DNA of 63,094 bases, filler included, from an uncultured bacterium (GTDB lineage Bacteria > Auribacterota > CAZIXI01): NCBI GenBank assembly GCA_964543115.1. It is 9 parts of 9 records of this genome, joined end to end, with 100 filler letters (N's around TTAATTAATTAA, not from the genome) between each part and the next. Parts side by side here need not be neighbours in the genome. Positions count along the whole stretch, not along the records: positions 42,520 to 49,370 come from CAZIXI010000186.1; positions 49,471 to 56,297 come from CAZIXI010000187.1; 7 more parts are not named here. One strand, given 5' to 3'. The translations under genes were made by a program, and so were the position numbers. Below the pieces are notes generated by a model. It saw nothing but the letters and a program-made list of their open reading frames with translations. It did not search any database and was not told the DNA's origin. This document shows, one piece after another, positions 42,520-52,936 of this stretch; positions within the stretch are counted from its first letter, which is position 1, and every line of letters begins with the position of its first letter.

Positions 42520-44953
42520 ACTTAGAAACGGCGAGATGATAATTACCGGGAGCAACATTAAAGGTATAAGGATTACTGCTGGTTACCTCCAGGGCAGAGG
42601 AAGAATTCTTGCGGTAGATGGCCACTGTCGGACTGCTGATTAGTTGTCCGGTAACCGAATCATACACCCGCCCGGTTATCGGCGGATCACCGGCCACTGA
42701 TTCAAAACAGCCCATATCATAGGCGCTTCCCTGCGGCCGCGAGGTACTATTAATATCCGCGGTAACTCCCTGAGTAGACAAGTTTATACCGGCATCCACG
42801 CAGGGAGAACCGGGATTGGTAATATTATAATCCGTTTTATACTGGGGTAACGCCCGGATACAGCTGTTACCGCCGGCCCCGTCACCGGGGTCCCAGCCCC
42901 AGGCCAGCATCTCCGCCAGACTACCGTCAACTCCGGCATTGGTCACTAAATTACTACCTGGAGGAACATAAAGATCACAATTCGTAAAACTAGGAGTATT
43001 AATACCATCAACTGAATTTACCACCATACCAGCTGTATAATGACTTATAATACAATTAATCATTACAGGATTAGAAGCACCTCCCAGAGAAATCGCCGTA
43101 GCCCCTGAACCGCCGCCTGAGGAATTATTATGAAAAGTGCAATTATAAATATTAGGTGAACTTATAGTATTAAGAGCTAATGCTCCGGCGTCGCCTGCGG
43201 TATTATCAAATAAAAGGCAGTTAACTAAATCTACCGCCGATTCATTAGCTAGAATCGCCCCCCCATCACCGGTTGACTGGTTATTATTAAAAGTACAACT
43301 ATCTATAACGGCAGTCGCAATTGGAGTATTTGTATCAATGTTGCTTAAAGAAAGCGCTCCCCCATTAGCGGCGGTATTAGAACTAAAGGTTGCCCCGCTA
43401 ATCCTGAAAAGACCTGCAGTATCCCAGGAAATCGCCCCGCCATCACCTACGGCAGTATTACTATTAAATGTGTTTGTTCCGGATAAATCAAGCTGGTTCC
43501 CGCCGGTAGCATTAACAGCGCCGTTAATAGCGCCTCCGTTACCGGAAAGCGTAGAATTATTACTGAATGTACTGGCATTATTTGAATAAGGAGTGGAACT
43601 CCATGTATATGCACTGGTTAATGGCGTATCACTCATATCTATCGCTCCGCCCTGGGTCCCGGAATTTCCGCTAAAAGTACAATCAACTATGGCCAGCGCG
43701 GAACCGGCATCCGGGGTTATTCTCACCGCGCCGCCGTTAGCTGTTGTCTGATTATTGGAAACCGTGCAGCCATCCAGGGAAAGACTGGCAGTATCAACAA
43801 AAATCGCCCCGCCGTCCGCCCCGCCGGAATTACCATTCTGAATGATTAAATTCGTCAACACAACCTGGGCGCTGCTGCCCAGCGTAAATATCTGGTTGGT
43901 ATTCTCTCCATCAAAGGTAGCATCACCGGCATTCTCGGCAATAATACGCACCACCTCTCCGTTACTGATATCAATCGGAAACCCGGCCACGGCTCGAGGA
44001 CTCAGCAGTTCCGTCGCCCGGGTAAAAGTCCCTCGTACATATATATCAACATCCGTTAATCCTCTTATTGCTACTTCATCTGTTGCCATTTTAACTGTCT
44101 GCCAGGCACTGGCCCAGGTATCGCCATGATTACCGTCACTGCCGTTCTGCGCGTCTACATAATAGGTGGTGGGAGTGGTGGGTGTGGGTGTGGGATCAGG
44201 GGTAGGCGCAGGTTCCGGCGGCGGCGTAACCTCATTCTCCTCTTGCTGCTGTTCCTCCTCTTCCAGGGTCGGGCCCTCTCCATCACCGATTACTTCTTCA
44301 TCATGAACCTCACCGGTATCAATATCCGGCGAGGGTATACCGTCACCGCCCTCACCGTCTATCGGCGCCACTCCCTCTTCTTCAAGCGGGCTGGGATCTT
44401 CAATATCCACCTGGTTTTCTTCCAGTACTTCCTGATTGCTTTCCTCTTGCACACTTTCAATGGTCTTTTGTTCTTCGCTCTTGAGGTCCCCCTGCAGGGC
44501 ATCAGCGGTCTGTTGATTCTTTTCCACCTCAGCAGCCGACATCTTGGCCACTTCACCCTTAAGATATTCACTGCCCCCAGCAACCGCCCTGCCCACCGAG
44601 ATCAGGTCCCACTCTGTCTGATGTACCCGCCGCCTGTTGCGCAGCAGCATTACATTTACCCCGGGCTGTAACTGATCCCAGATCTGAAACCGAAACTCAT
44701 AAGGCAGATAACATAAAATCACCTTTACCCCAACCCTTACCTTTACCGAATATTCATTAATGCGGTAGCTGAACTTACCTATCTTTATCTCTCCTCTTTC
44801 TACCTCTGAGAGCATTTCCCGGGGATAATCAAAACAATAGACCTCTCCTTCAATTACCTTAACGATAGTGGCAACATTTTGCTGGTCAGCGGCAAAGGTT
44901 ACAGAGGAAAGTAACATCAGGACGGCAACCGATAAGGATAGAGTTTTTCTCAC
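42520..44953 (-). CDS. Secreted multidomain adhesin-like protein: acidic and Pro/Thr linkers, Pmp-like GGA(I/V/L)/FxxN beta-helix, choice-of-anchor-Q-like segment, Cna-B/carboxypeptidase-regulatory-like domain (3'-truncated)
   Basis: Seven GGA(I/V/L) motifs with FxxN, SPCVDAG...RPQGSAYDMGCFE, ITGRVYDSVTG. Confidence 0.75.
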
Positions 44954-45044
44954 TAATGTCCCCCATTTAAATTATATAACTACTATTAAATTAAAATAAA
45001 AAATTATAGCTATTATATTGTTATATAGTATATAATTAGCGCTT

Positions 45045-45881
45045 ATGAAATACAATAAAAATATAATAAATAAATATATGTCTAACAATCTGCCAGCTAG
45101 CGGAAACAAACCCGGGATACTCTCCCGGGCTATCCGTTATAGTGTGCTCAATGGCGGTAAACGTCTCCGCCCGCTATTGTGCCTGGCCGCCTTCCAGGCT
45201 GCCGGAGGCCGGGGAAAACTAATTTTACCCGTTGCCGGAGCGGTTGAGCTGATTCACGCCTTCAGCCTCGTTCATGACGACCTGCCGGCAATGGATAATG
45301 ACGATTACCGCCGGGGAAAACTAACCGTTCACAAAAACTTTGGTGAAGATATAGCAATTCTCACCGGGGACGCCCTGCTTAACCTGGCCTTTGACTGGGT
45401 CAGCGCGGCACCGGGATTAACCGCCCAAAAGAAACTAAGCATTATCAAAGAATTGGTTCAGGCCACCGGCAGTCAAGGACTGATCGGCGGACAGGTACTG
45501 GATCTAAAGGCCTCCGCTAAAAAAACACCAGCGGCAAAAGTCAAAGACATTCATCTCCTGAAAACCACCGCCCTGATCACTGCCGCTGTGAGGACAGGCG
45601 CGATTACCGCCGGGACAACAAAATCACAGCTCAAGAAATTAACCACTTACGGAAACAACCTTGGCCTGGCCTTTCAGCTGACCGATGATCTTCTGGATTT
45701 GGAACAGGACAAGAAAAACAAACTGCAGATTAGCTACCCGCTGTTATTTGGCAGGAAAAAAACAATCGACTATGCCCGCAAACTTTACCGCCAGGCAACC
45801 AGACCGTTGAGTTCTTTCGGCAAAAAAGCCGCTTCGCTAACAGAAATCGCTGATCTCGTAATCCAACGCATACCAAAATAA
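45045..45881 (+). CDS. ispA: Polyprenyl (farnesyl/geranylgeranyl) diphosphate synthase
   Basis: GGKRLRP, HDDLPAMDNDDYRRGK, GQVLDL, LKT, FQLTDDLLD. Confidence 0.88.
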   Translation: MKYNKNIINKYMSNNLPASGNKPGILSRAIRYSVLNGGKRLRPLLCLAAFQAAGGRGKLILPVAGAVELIHAFSLVHDDLPAMDNDDYRRGKLTVHKNFGEDIAILTGDALLNLAFDWVSAAPGLTAQKKLSIIKELVQATGSQGLIGGQVLDLKASAKKTPAAKVKDIHLLKTTALITAAVRTGAITAGTTKSQLKKLTTYGNNLGLAFQLTDDLLDLEQDKKNKLQISYPLLFGRKKTIDYARKLYRQATRPLSSFGKKAASLTEIADLVIQRIPK

Positions 45882-45882
45882 T

Positions 45883-47652
45883 TTAATTCTCCACGATTCC
45901 GTAGATCCGCACCGGTTCCCGGCGGCCCTTGACGGTTACTTCGCCTAACTGTTTTACCTTTACTTCCGCAGCCAGGTGTTTACGTACCGCTTCGGTGATG
46001 ATTATTTCCACGTCATATTTCCGCGTCAATTCCTCCACGCGCCGGGCAATATTCACCTCGTCACCGATCGCGGTATAATCAAATATATATCTCGAACCCA
46101 TGTTCCCCACCACCATCGGCCCGATATTAAGACCAATACCAATACCCAGCTCCGGCGCTTTTACCTTCCTTGTCCGGACAATTTCCCGGGCAATAGTGAC
46201 TGCCCGCCGCACTTGCTCTGCCGCCGGCAGAGAAGCCGGCGCGCCGATTATCGCCATAATCGCATCCCCGATATACTTATCCAGCATACCGCCGTGACGC
46301 AGGATTATTTCCGTCATCCAGTCAAAACAATCATTAAGTATCCTGACCACTTCTTCCGGCGGCCGCCCTTCACAAAAAGTAGTGAAATTGCGCAAATCCA
46401 GAAATAATATCGTCGCCTCTCTTTTTTCTCCACCCAACTTCAATCTCTGCGGACTGGCCAGGATATCCTCAATCACTTCCTGTGAAACATAATGAGAAAA
46501 GGCCTTCTTGGTCCAGCGCCGCTGTTTTTCTTCCCAACCATAGCGGTAAACAGTAATTAACACAAACGGAAAGATCAAACCCAATAGCGGAACGGAAAGA
46601 TTAATCAGCGCACTATTGCTAAAGGCCAGCAGATTCAGCCCCCAGTAAACAGTCAGCACAAGCAGGGTAACCAGCGCCGCTCTAAGCGGGCGGAGAGATA
46701 TGTTTATTACCACACTGATAATAACCATAAGGAGAACCACGAAGAAATTGCCCCAGAAAGGCAGGACCAGCAGAAAATCTTCATTCAGAATGGTATTGAG
46801 CACATTTGCCTGAACGGCAATTAACGGTTCATTAGCGGCCAGAGGTGTGGCCCCATAATCAGCAGTGCCGGTGGCCGTCAGGCCAACCAGCATAAGTTGA
46901 TCAGCAAAATCTTTTAACTGTTCCGGCCTCTGCCTCTGCCAGCTAAGCAGCTGAAAGAAACTATAAGAATTAAATCCCGCAAGACTATCGGCATAATTTA
47001 TTAACAGCCTGTTTCGTTCATCCAGCGGGATGAAAATACTATCACCGGAAGATAACGGAATCCTGATTTCCTTTCCGGTCACAATACTAAGATCAGCAAA
47101 ATCAATATCCAGAAAGGAACAAAGCACCTGCAGACTAAAAGAAGGATAGACCTTATCCTTTCCCTGCACCAATAAAGGCACTCTTCTGACTACCCCGTCC
47201 CGGTCAGCCGGGGCATTAATAAAACCCACCCTGGCCGCGTCACAAAGACCGCTGAAAGGCAGTACTGCCTGCTTATCCGCTTCGCGCACGTATCCCGCGT
47301 AGACAACATTACCCAAGAGGCGGGAATAATAAACAAGGGACTCATCATCAGCGGAAGGCTCAATAAACAAAACATCATAACCAATCACTTTGGGCGGAGC
47401 GGCGGCCAGGGCCTGCAATAAAGCCGCCTGATATTTCCGCGGCACCGGCCAGGTTCCCATCTTCTGGAGGCTGTAATCATCAATCGCCGCAATATTTATC
47501 TTTTCATGCGTCGGCTGCAGGCTGCGATAACGGAAACGGTAATCCAATAATTTCAGCTCCAGGACACGAAAAAAATTAAGGCTGGCAAACAAACCTACCA
47601 GCCCCAATGAGATAATGCCTAAAAGTAAACCAATCAAATAACGTTTACGCAT
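45883..47652 (-). CDS. CHASE2-domain class III adenylate cyclase
   Basis: CHASE2 (AIDD..L...G.WP, DGVVRR), three TMs, LFLDLRNFT, KYIGDAIM, GDEVNIARR. Confidence 0.9.
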   Translation of the reverse strand: MRKRYLIGLLLGIISLGLVGLFASLNFFRVLELKLLDYRFRYRSLQPTHEKINIAAIDDYSLQKMGTWPVPRKYQAALLQALAAAPPKVIGYDVLFIEPSADDESLVYYSRLLGNVVYAGYVREADKQAVLPFSGLCDAARVGFINAPADRDGVVRRVPLLVQGKDKVYPSFSLQVLCSFLDIDFADLSIVTGKEIRIPLSSGDSIFIPLDERNRLLINYADSLAGFNSYSFFQLLSWQRQRPEQLKDFADQLMLVGLTATGTADYGATPLAANEPLIAVQANVLNTILNEDFLLVLPFWGNFFVVLLMVIISVVINISLRPLRAALVTLLVLTVYWGLNLLAFSNSALINLSVPLLGLIFPFVLITVYRYGWEEKQRRWTKKAFSHYVSQEVIEDILASPQRLKLGGEKREATILFLDLRNFTTFCEGRPPEEVVRILNDCFDWMTEIILRHGGMLDKYIGDAIMAIIGAPASLPAAEQVRRAVTIAREIVRTRKVKAPELGIGIGLNIGPMVVGNMGSRYIFDYTAIGDEVNIARRVEELTRKYDVEIIITEAVRKHLAAEVKVKQLGEVTVKGRREPVRIYGIVEN

Positions 47653-47681
47653 AGAATTAGAGAACAATAATACTCTATCGA

Positions 47682-47752
47682 TTTCGGATTGCGGCTTGCG
47701 GATTGCGGACGTTTCACGAAAAATCTAAAATCCGAAATCCGAAATCCGAAAT
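47682..47752. repeat. Inverted heptamer-array element, copy B
   Basis: (TTTCGGA)(TTGCGGC)(TTGCGGA)(TTGCGGA)-12 nt-(AATCTAA)(AATCCGA)x3. Confidence 0.85.
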
Positions 47753-47754
47753 TG

Positions 47755-48792
47755 TTACTTTTTCCAGCCCATCTTCTGCCTGATTTCTTTTACAATCTCT
47801 TTTGTCAACTGACTGTCTGCCTTAAGACTCTCCCGCAAGGCCTCCCGGCCCTGGGACAGGCGTCTTTCACCAAAAGAGAACCAGGCCCCTTTCTTGCTGA
47901 TAATTCCGTGCTGCAGGCCCAGATCAATAATGCTTCCTTCTTTGGAAATACCCTCATTATAAAGAATATCAAATTCTGCTACGGTAAACGGCGGCGCTAC
48001 TTTATTCTTGGCCACTTTAACCTTCACCCGGTTCCCGATAGCAACATTCTGATTATCTTTAATCGTACTGATCCGTCTGATATCCAGCCGGACAGAGGCG
48101 TAAAATTTCAGGGCCAATCCGCCGGGAGTAGTTTCAGGACTACCGAACATTACCCCGATTTTATGACGTATCTGGTTGATAAAAATGCAGCAGGTCTTGG
48201 ATTTACTGATCGCGGAAGTCAATTTACGCAGTGCCTGACTCATTAACCGTGCCTGCAAACCCAGGTGCCGGTCACCGATGTCCCCTTCAATCTCCGCCCG
48301 GGGCACCAGGGCAGCCACGGAATCAACAACCACAACATCAACGGCATTACTGCGCACCAATACCTCCGCGATATTCAAGGCATCCTCTCCGCAGTCTGGT
48401 TGAGAGATTAACAGCTTATCCAGGTCTACCCCTAACCTTTTGGCATACGTAGGATCAACAGCGTGTTCGGCATCGAGATATGCCGCTGTGCCTCCGCCTT
48501 TCTGGGCATTGGCCACTACACTGAGGGCCAGAGTAGTTTTTCCGCTGGCCTCCGGGCCATATATCTCGATCACTTTGCCGCGGGGAAGCCCGCCCACACC
48601 AAGAGCCTTATCCAGCGTAATCGCTCCCGTAGAAATAGCCGGAATAGCGATTTTAGCGGAATCCCGGCCCAAACGCATAATCGCTCCCTGCCCGAATTGC
48701 TTTTCAATCTGTGAAACAGCCACATCTAACGCTTTTACCTTACCTTGATTCTGCTGCGTGGAAGATTTTTCCTTAACACTGCTTTCTGCCAT
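47755..48792 (-). CDS. recA: Recombinase A
   Basis: [50 protein letters not shown]. Confidence 0.98.
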   Translation of the reverse strand: MAESSVKEKSSTQQNQGKVKALDVAVSQIEKQFGQGAIMRLGRDSAKIAIPAISTGAITLDKALGVGGLPRGKVIEIYGPEASGKTTLALSVVANAQKGGGTAAYLDAEHAVDPTYAKRLGVDLDKLLISQPDCGEDALNIAEVLVRSNAVDVVVVDSVAALVPRAEIEGDIGDRHLGLQARLMSQALRKLTSAISKSKTCCIFINQIRHKIGVMFGSPETTPGGLALKFYASVRLDIRRISTIKDNQNVAIGNRVKVKVAKNKVAPPFTVAEFDILYNEGISKEGSIIDLGLQHGIISKKGAWFSFGERRLSQGREALRESLKADSQLTKEIVKEIRQKMGWKK

Positions 48793-48825
48793 AACACCCT
48801 CCTTTGTATTTTCGCACTTCGTATT

Positions 48826-49370
48826 TCAAAAATCTGCTTTATACAATACCTCGTAAATAGACCCTTTTGGGGTTAGTGTGCTTTTAAATAAAGATATACT
48901 ATTTATTCTAATTTTACCAATAATTTTTTCTTTAAATCCGCCCATTTTCTCAATAAAAGCAGCCGGATCTTTGATATACTTTACCCTTCCCAAAGTAAGA
49001 TGCGGCTTAAAGCTTCTTTTCTCTTCTGGAAAGCCTAATTTTGCTAATCCCTCTTCCAGAAAAGCACTTAATTGCTTTATCTCCTCACCGCCAGCGGTAA
49101 TCCCCGCCCAAACAACCCGCGGCGCCCTGGCAGACGGGAAGGCACCCACTCCTTTAATAACCGCTTGAATGACACTGCCTTTTTTCGCTGCCTCAGCAAT
49201 CAATGTCTTAACGGTGCTTAGATCAGCCTCCGGCACCTGACCCAGAAATTTCAAGGTAAGATGAATGTTCCGCTGAGCTATCCATTTAATCTTATCCTGC
49301 CCGCTGCCCAGCTCGTCTTGAACCACTCCCAGCGCCTGCTGTATTTCTGCCGGCACCTCCAGAGCAATAA
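48826..49370 (-). CDS. thpR: RNA 2',3'-cyclic phosphodiesterase (2H family), 5'-truncated
   Basis: HLTLKFLG and PHLTLGR (two HxT motifs), upstream of recA. Confidence 0.9.
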
Positions 49371-49470
49371 NNNNNNNNNNNNNNNNNNNNNNNNNNNNNN
49401 NNNNNNNNNNNNNNTTAATTAATTAANNNNNNNNNNNNNNNNNNNNNNNNNNNNNNNNNNNNNNNNNNNN
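49371..49470. other. Artificial contig linker
   Basis: 44 N + TTAATTAATTAA + 44 N. Confidence 0.97.
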
Positions 49471-49633
49471 GGATACCGGATCTAGATAACTGCTGAGCAA
49501 TCTTACCCAGAAATTGATTCGGGATGTCCATTGCTTGGGCAATTTCCTTCCGCCTTACAACGATTTCCTTTTCCTGTGTGGACAAATAGAGAACACAGCG
49601 CACTGCATATTCACCAGCTCTTGTCAATCGCAC
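49471..49633 (-). CDS. Rrf2-family transcriptional regulator, N-terminal fragment
   Basis: MRLTRAGEYAVRCVLYLS...FLGKIAQQLSRSGI. Confidence 0.85.
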
Positions 49634-49659
49634 AATTTCACCCCAGCCAACAGGATATT

Positions 49660-49678
49660 TAAGACCTTTTTAGTCCTA
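49660..49678. promoter_or_regulatory. Candidate Rrf2 autoregulatory operator
   Basis: TAAGAC-N7-GTCCTA near-palindrome just downstream of a minus-strand TTGACA. Confidence 0.3.
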
Positions 49679-49744
49679 TAAAGTGTCTCAAAATATATGT
49701 CAAGAATTTTTTGTGAAATCTGTAGCTCCGGCCCCTTTGTTTTC

Positions 49745-49834
49745 TCAATCCAAAACTCCCAATTCGCAATGACATGCGATGGAATTTTTCCGGTGATAAT
49801 TTGACCAAAATGTAACTGCCTGTGAAACTTTCAT
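49745..49834 (-). pseudogene. Possible 5' stub of a tyrosine recombinase/integrase gene
   Basis: Strong RBS, then MKVSQAVTFWSNYHRKNS before the frame degenerates. From memory it resembles N-termini of deltaproteobacterial integrases; not verified by search. Confidence 0.35.
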
Positions 49835-50062
49835 AATTCCCTCCTTCTGTTAATAGGATTAATAAAACCGTTGAAAAGTACAACGGTTTCTAATAATATC
49901 GAATCCATATACTTTGTCAGTGATTCCAATACAGTGAATATACACATTATAGGTTGAACACGGACTAAAAACCATTTAAGCTTTTCCCGGCCGGTTAACC
50001 GAAAGACACATAAAATCATATTTTTTTATTCAAACTGCAAATGATAAAAGGAGGAATTCGAA

Positions 50063-50638
50063 ATGAAGGTTATTGCGTTCAATGGAAGTGCTCGCAAAGG
50101 TGGAAACACTTCGATTTTAATCAACCTGGTATTGGATGAGCTACAAAAAGAAGGAATTGAAACAGAGCTTTTTCAATTTGCAGGCAAAAAAATTCGAGGG
50201 TGTGTCGCATGTATGAAGTGTTTTGAAAACAAAGATCAACGCTGTTCGAACAATAATGACGTTCTAAATGAGTGCCTTGAGAAGATGCTTGATGCAGACG
50301 GGATCATATTAGGGTCTCCCACCTATTTTTCGAATGTCAGCACTGAAATTAAGGCTTTAATTGATCGGGCCGGCCTTGTTGCCATTGCCAACGGCCACAT
50401 GTTCAAGCGCAAGGTAGGCGCCGCGGTTGTCGCAGTACGAAGAGCAGGAAGTGTCTCTGTCTTTGATGCCATCAATTATTTTTTCTTTATCAATCAGTTA
50501 ATCGTTCCAGGCTCTATCTATTGGAACATGGGGATTGGCTACGAAAAAGGAGATGTGGAAAAAGATGAAGAAGGTATTCAGACAATGAAAGTTCTGGGTG
50601 AAAACATGGCCTGGTTGTTAAAGAAATTGCACGGGTAA
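50063..50638 (+). CDS. Iron-sulfur flavoprotein (flavodoxin/NADPH-dependent FMN reductase family)
   Basis: NGSARKGGNT, CVACMKC...C, GSPTYF, KRKVGAAV. Confidence 0.9.
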   Translation: MKVIAFNGSARKGGNTSILINLVLDELQKEGIETELFQFAGKKIRGCVACMKCFENKDQRCSNNNDVLNECLEKMLDADGIILGSPTYFSNVSTEIKALIDRAGLVAIANGHMFKRKVGAAVVAVRRAGSVSVFDAINYFFFINQLIVPGSIYWNMGIGYEKGDVEKDEEGIQTMKVLGENMAWLLKKLHG

Positions 50639-50642
50639 AATT

Positions 50643-50666
50643 GCTCAACTGCTGGCTGAAGGGCGA
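50643..50666 (+). mobile_element. Left half of a degenerate attC-like site
   Basis: GCTCAAC (RYYYAAC) + 5 nt + GCTGAAGG, 4 nt after the stop codon. Right arm not clearly present; a possible remnant GCGTTACAC ends at 50844. Confidence 0.4.
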
Positions 50667-50679
50667 TTGCAACTCGGCC

Positions 50680-50786
50680 ATTTGAATTCATCCCGCGCTG
50701 CCCCGATCTGGCGGGATCTACGCTTCGCTTCGACCCCGATAGGCGGGATTTCCGCTTCGCTCCAACAAGCAGGGGGGAATTCAAAT
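50680..50786. mobile_element. MITE/REP-like element with terminal inverted repeats
   Basis: ATTTGAATTC...GAATTCAAAT (13/15 when extended), with two internal imperfect repeats CCCCGAT-x-GGCGGGAT-x-CGCTTCGCT. Confidence 0.55.
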
Positions 50787-50931
50787 TTAAAATATAGCTT
50801 TTGTATTATTGTGACAAATGCAGATACCTGCTGAGGCGTTACACAATCAAACTACTGAATTTATGTGATATTCTCAATATATATAATTTTCATGAATTCA
50901 CTTCGTGCTGAGGTATCAAGGTATATCCATA

Positions 50932-51555
50932 ATGAAATTTTCGATTATATTACTAAGCGTTGCAATCATTTGGGGTGTTGCCGTTATCACACCCGGCCCC
51001 AACTTTTTTATAACAGTGAGGACAGCCATAGGGCAAACTAGGCGTTCTGCTCTTTTTGTTGCACTTGGGACCAGTACCGGCACTATACTTTGGGGACTGT
51101 CCGGATTTTTCGGGATAGCACTATTGTTTAAAACCGCACCTTGGATCTATTTGTCCTTAAAACTACTTGGTGGAACCTACCTTATCTATCTCGGATTACA
51201 GCTTATCATATCAAATACAAGGGCAGGGGCGAATCATGGAGTGTCATTTTCAACTAATATTACCCCTATCCAGGGTTACAAATTGGGATTTTTAACCAAC
51301 CTGTCGAATCCCAAAACAGCCGCTTTTGTGACAAGCTTGTTTGCAGCGACAATGCCTTCCAATGCACCTTTTTTACTTGGTTTCACGAGTGTTGCCCTAA
51401 TGTCATTCATATCGATTCTCTGGTATACATCGGTGGCATACGTTTTTTCCTTAGACCGTTTTAGGAGCCTGTATCTAAAAAGTAAAATTTTGATTGAACG
51501 ATTCGCGGGAGTTATTTTTGTTGGTTTTGGTGTGAAGCTGGTTACCAGTGAATGA
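50932..51555 (+). CDS. LysE/RhtB family amino-acid exporter
   Basis: TPGPN, LKLLGGTYLIYLG, GFLTNLSNPK. Confidence 0.9.
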   Translation: MKFSIILLSVAIIWGVAVITPGPNFFITVRTAIGQTRRSALFVALGTSTGTILWGLSGFFGIALLFKTAPWIYLSLKLLGGTYLIYLGLQLIISNTRAGANHGVSFSTNITPIQGYKLGFLTNLSNPKTAAFVTSLFAATMPSNAPFLLGFTSVALMSFISILWYTSVAYVFSLDRFRSLYLKSKILIERFAGVIFVGFGVKLVTSE

Positions 51556-51584
51556 CGCGTAAATCATTAACCGCTATTTAAATT

Positions 51585-51650
51585 CTCTAATCCCCGACTG
51601 CAAGGAGAAGGCGGAAAAACTGCATAGCCCCCTCAGCCATGACGTTTTGT
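51585..51650 (+). mobile_element. Degenerate attC-like site
   Basis: CTCTAAT + 5 nt + ACTGCAAGG ... GCGG-AAAAA-CTGC ... CCTCAG ... GTTTTGT. The left and right boxes pair if two extrahelical bases are removed. Confidence 0.5.
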
Positions 51651-51711
51651 GGTGACTTCAACGTATATATAGCAGGCCTCACTATTTTAAATTCACAACA
51701 CAACGATTCAT

Positions 51712-52629
51712 CTACAGGTTTTCAGCAGCGCGGCTTGGTGGAAAACCGAATTGACGCTTGAATTCCCGACTAAACTGAGATGTACTGTTGTAGCCGACTT
51801 CATGTGCCGCCTCACTGGCGTTATAGCCCTTGCCGACTATCATTAATCTCGCCTGGTGAAGCCGAATCTTTTTTAAGTATTGGATGGGTGATTGGCCAAC
51901 AAATCTCTCGAAGACATGGTGGAGTGCTGATTTGCTCATGCCTGCATACCCGGCAATCGAAGTGATATTATGCTGTTTATAATAGCTCTTCTGCAAATAG
52001 CGGACAACTCTCATGATATTGTTAGATCCCCCGTTACGAAGAACAATTGAACGCAAAAATGACCCTTGCTCCCCTTTGAGCACGTGGTAAAGAATCTCCC
52101 ATACCGCTCCAGGCCCTAGAATTCGCCGTGTCGCCGGGCTTTCCAGTGAACGTAACAACCGCGCAACCGCATTCAATAGGTCATTATTCATATTTGATGC
52201 ATAAACGGAGGTTCCTGAGCGCTTATCTTCTTCAAATTGTTCTTCTTCTGACATTTCCAATAGCAATTTCCCAATCATAGACATGTCGATCTCAAGAGCC
52301 ATCGCGAGAAATGGCCGCTTTGGACTTGCAATGACGACCTCCGCCTCAAGAGGCAGTGGAAGTGCAACAACAAGATAATGCAGCGGATCGTAGATGATCC
52401 GTTCATTGGCTGAATAAACATGTTTCCTGCCCTGTGCAACAACACAAATGGAAGGCGCGTAGACCAAAGGATACCTGGATACGGGTCTGTTAAATCTGCC
52501 TAAAATAAGGCCCGGATATTGAGTTTCGGTCACACCCTCTTCCACGGCGTGACGCTCGATTAGCGGGGCAAGTGATTCCCGTACGGAAACAGAGAATGGA
52601 TTTGAATTTTCTGATGGTTCTGTATTCAT
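51712..52629 (-). CDS. AraC-family transcriptional regulator (AraC N-terminal type)
   Basis: VYAPSICVVAQGRK, SPIQYLKKIRLHQAR, VGYNSTSQFSREFKRQFG. Confidence 0.92.
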   Translation of the reverse strand: MNTEPSENSNPFSVSVRESLAPLIERHAVEEGVTETQYPGLILGRFNRPVSRYPLVYAPSICVVAQGRKHVYSANERIIYDPLHYLVVALPLPLEAEVVIASPKRPFLAMALEIDMSMIGKLLLEMSEEEQFEEDKRSGTSVYASNMNNDLLNAVARLLRSLESPATRRILGPGAVWEILYHVLKGEQGSFLRSIVLRNGGSNNIMRVVRYLQKSYYKQHNITSIAGYAGMSKSALHHVFERFVGQSPIQYLKKIRLHQARLMIVGKGYNASEAAHEVGYNSTSQFSREFKRQFGFPPSRAAENL

Positions 52630-52936
52630 AGTATTTACCTCTTTGTCAATTTATTAATAGGATTATAGCATAATTCTTATCTATTTAGTAATTTTATAAT
52701 CAAATTGTGCAGTAATAGGCAAATTTTTAACAGTATCGTGTTAACACCCTGATTCAGAACCATGATATGGTGAATTGAATATCAGAATTAAAGGAGAGGA
52801 CCTTATGTGAATGGGGTTAGTATTGCCACGATGTCGCGTTGCCCCAAATCACCGTGATCGAGAAGAAAGTTTTTAAATAATCTGATCGCTTAACCTAACA
52901 TTTTTTAAGACACAATCAGTTTCATTGGAGGTTTTT

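Noticed and set aside
45690..45760. Short segment after the second DDxxD motif of IspA as a sign of inactivation
   Set aside because: Both aspartate-rich motifs and the KT motif are intact, so a compact variant is the simpler explanation.
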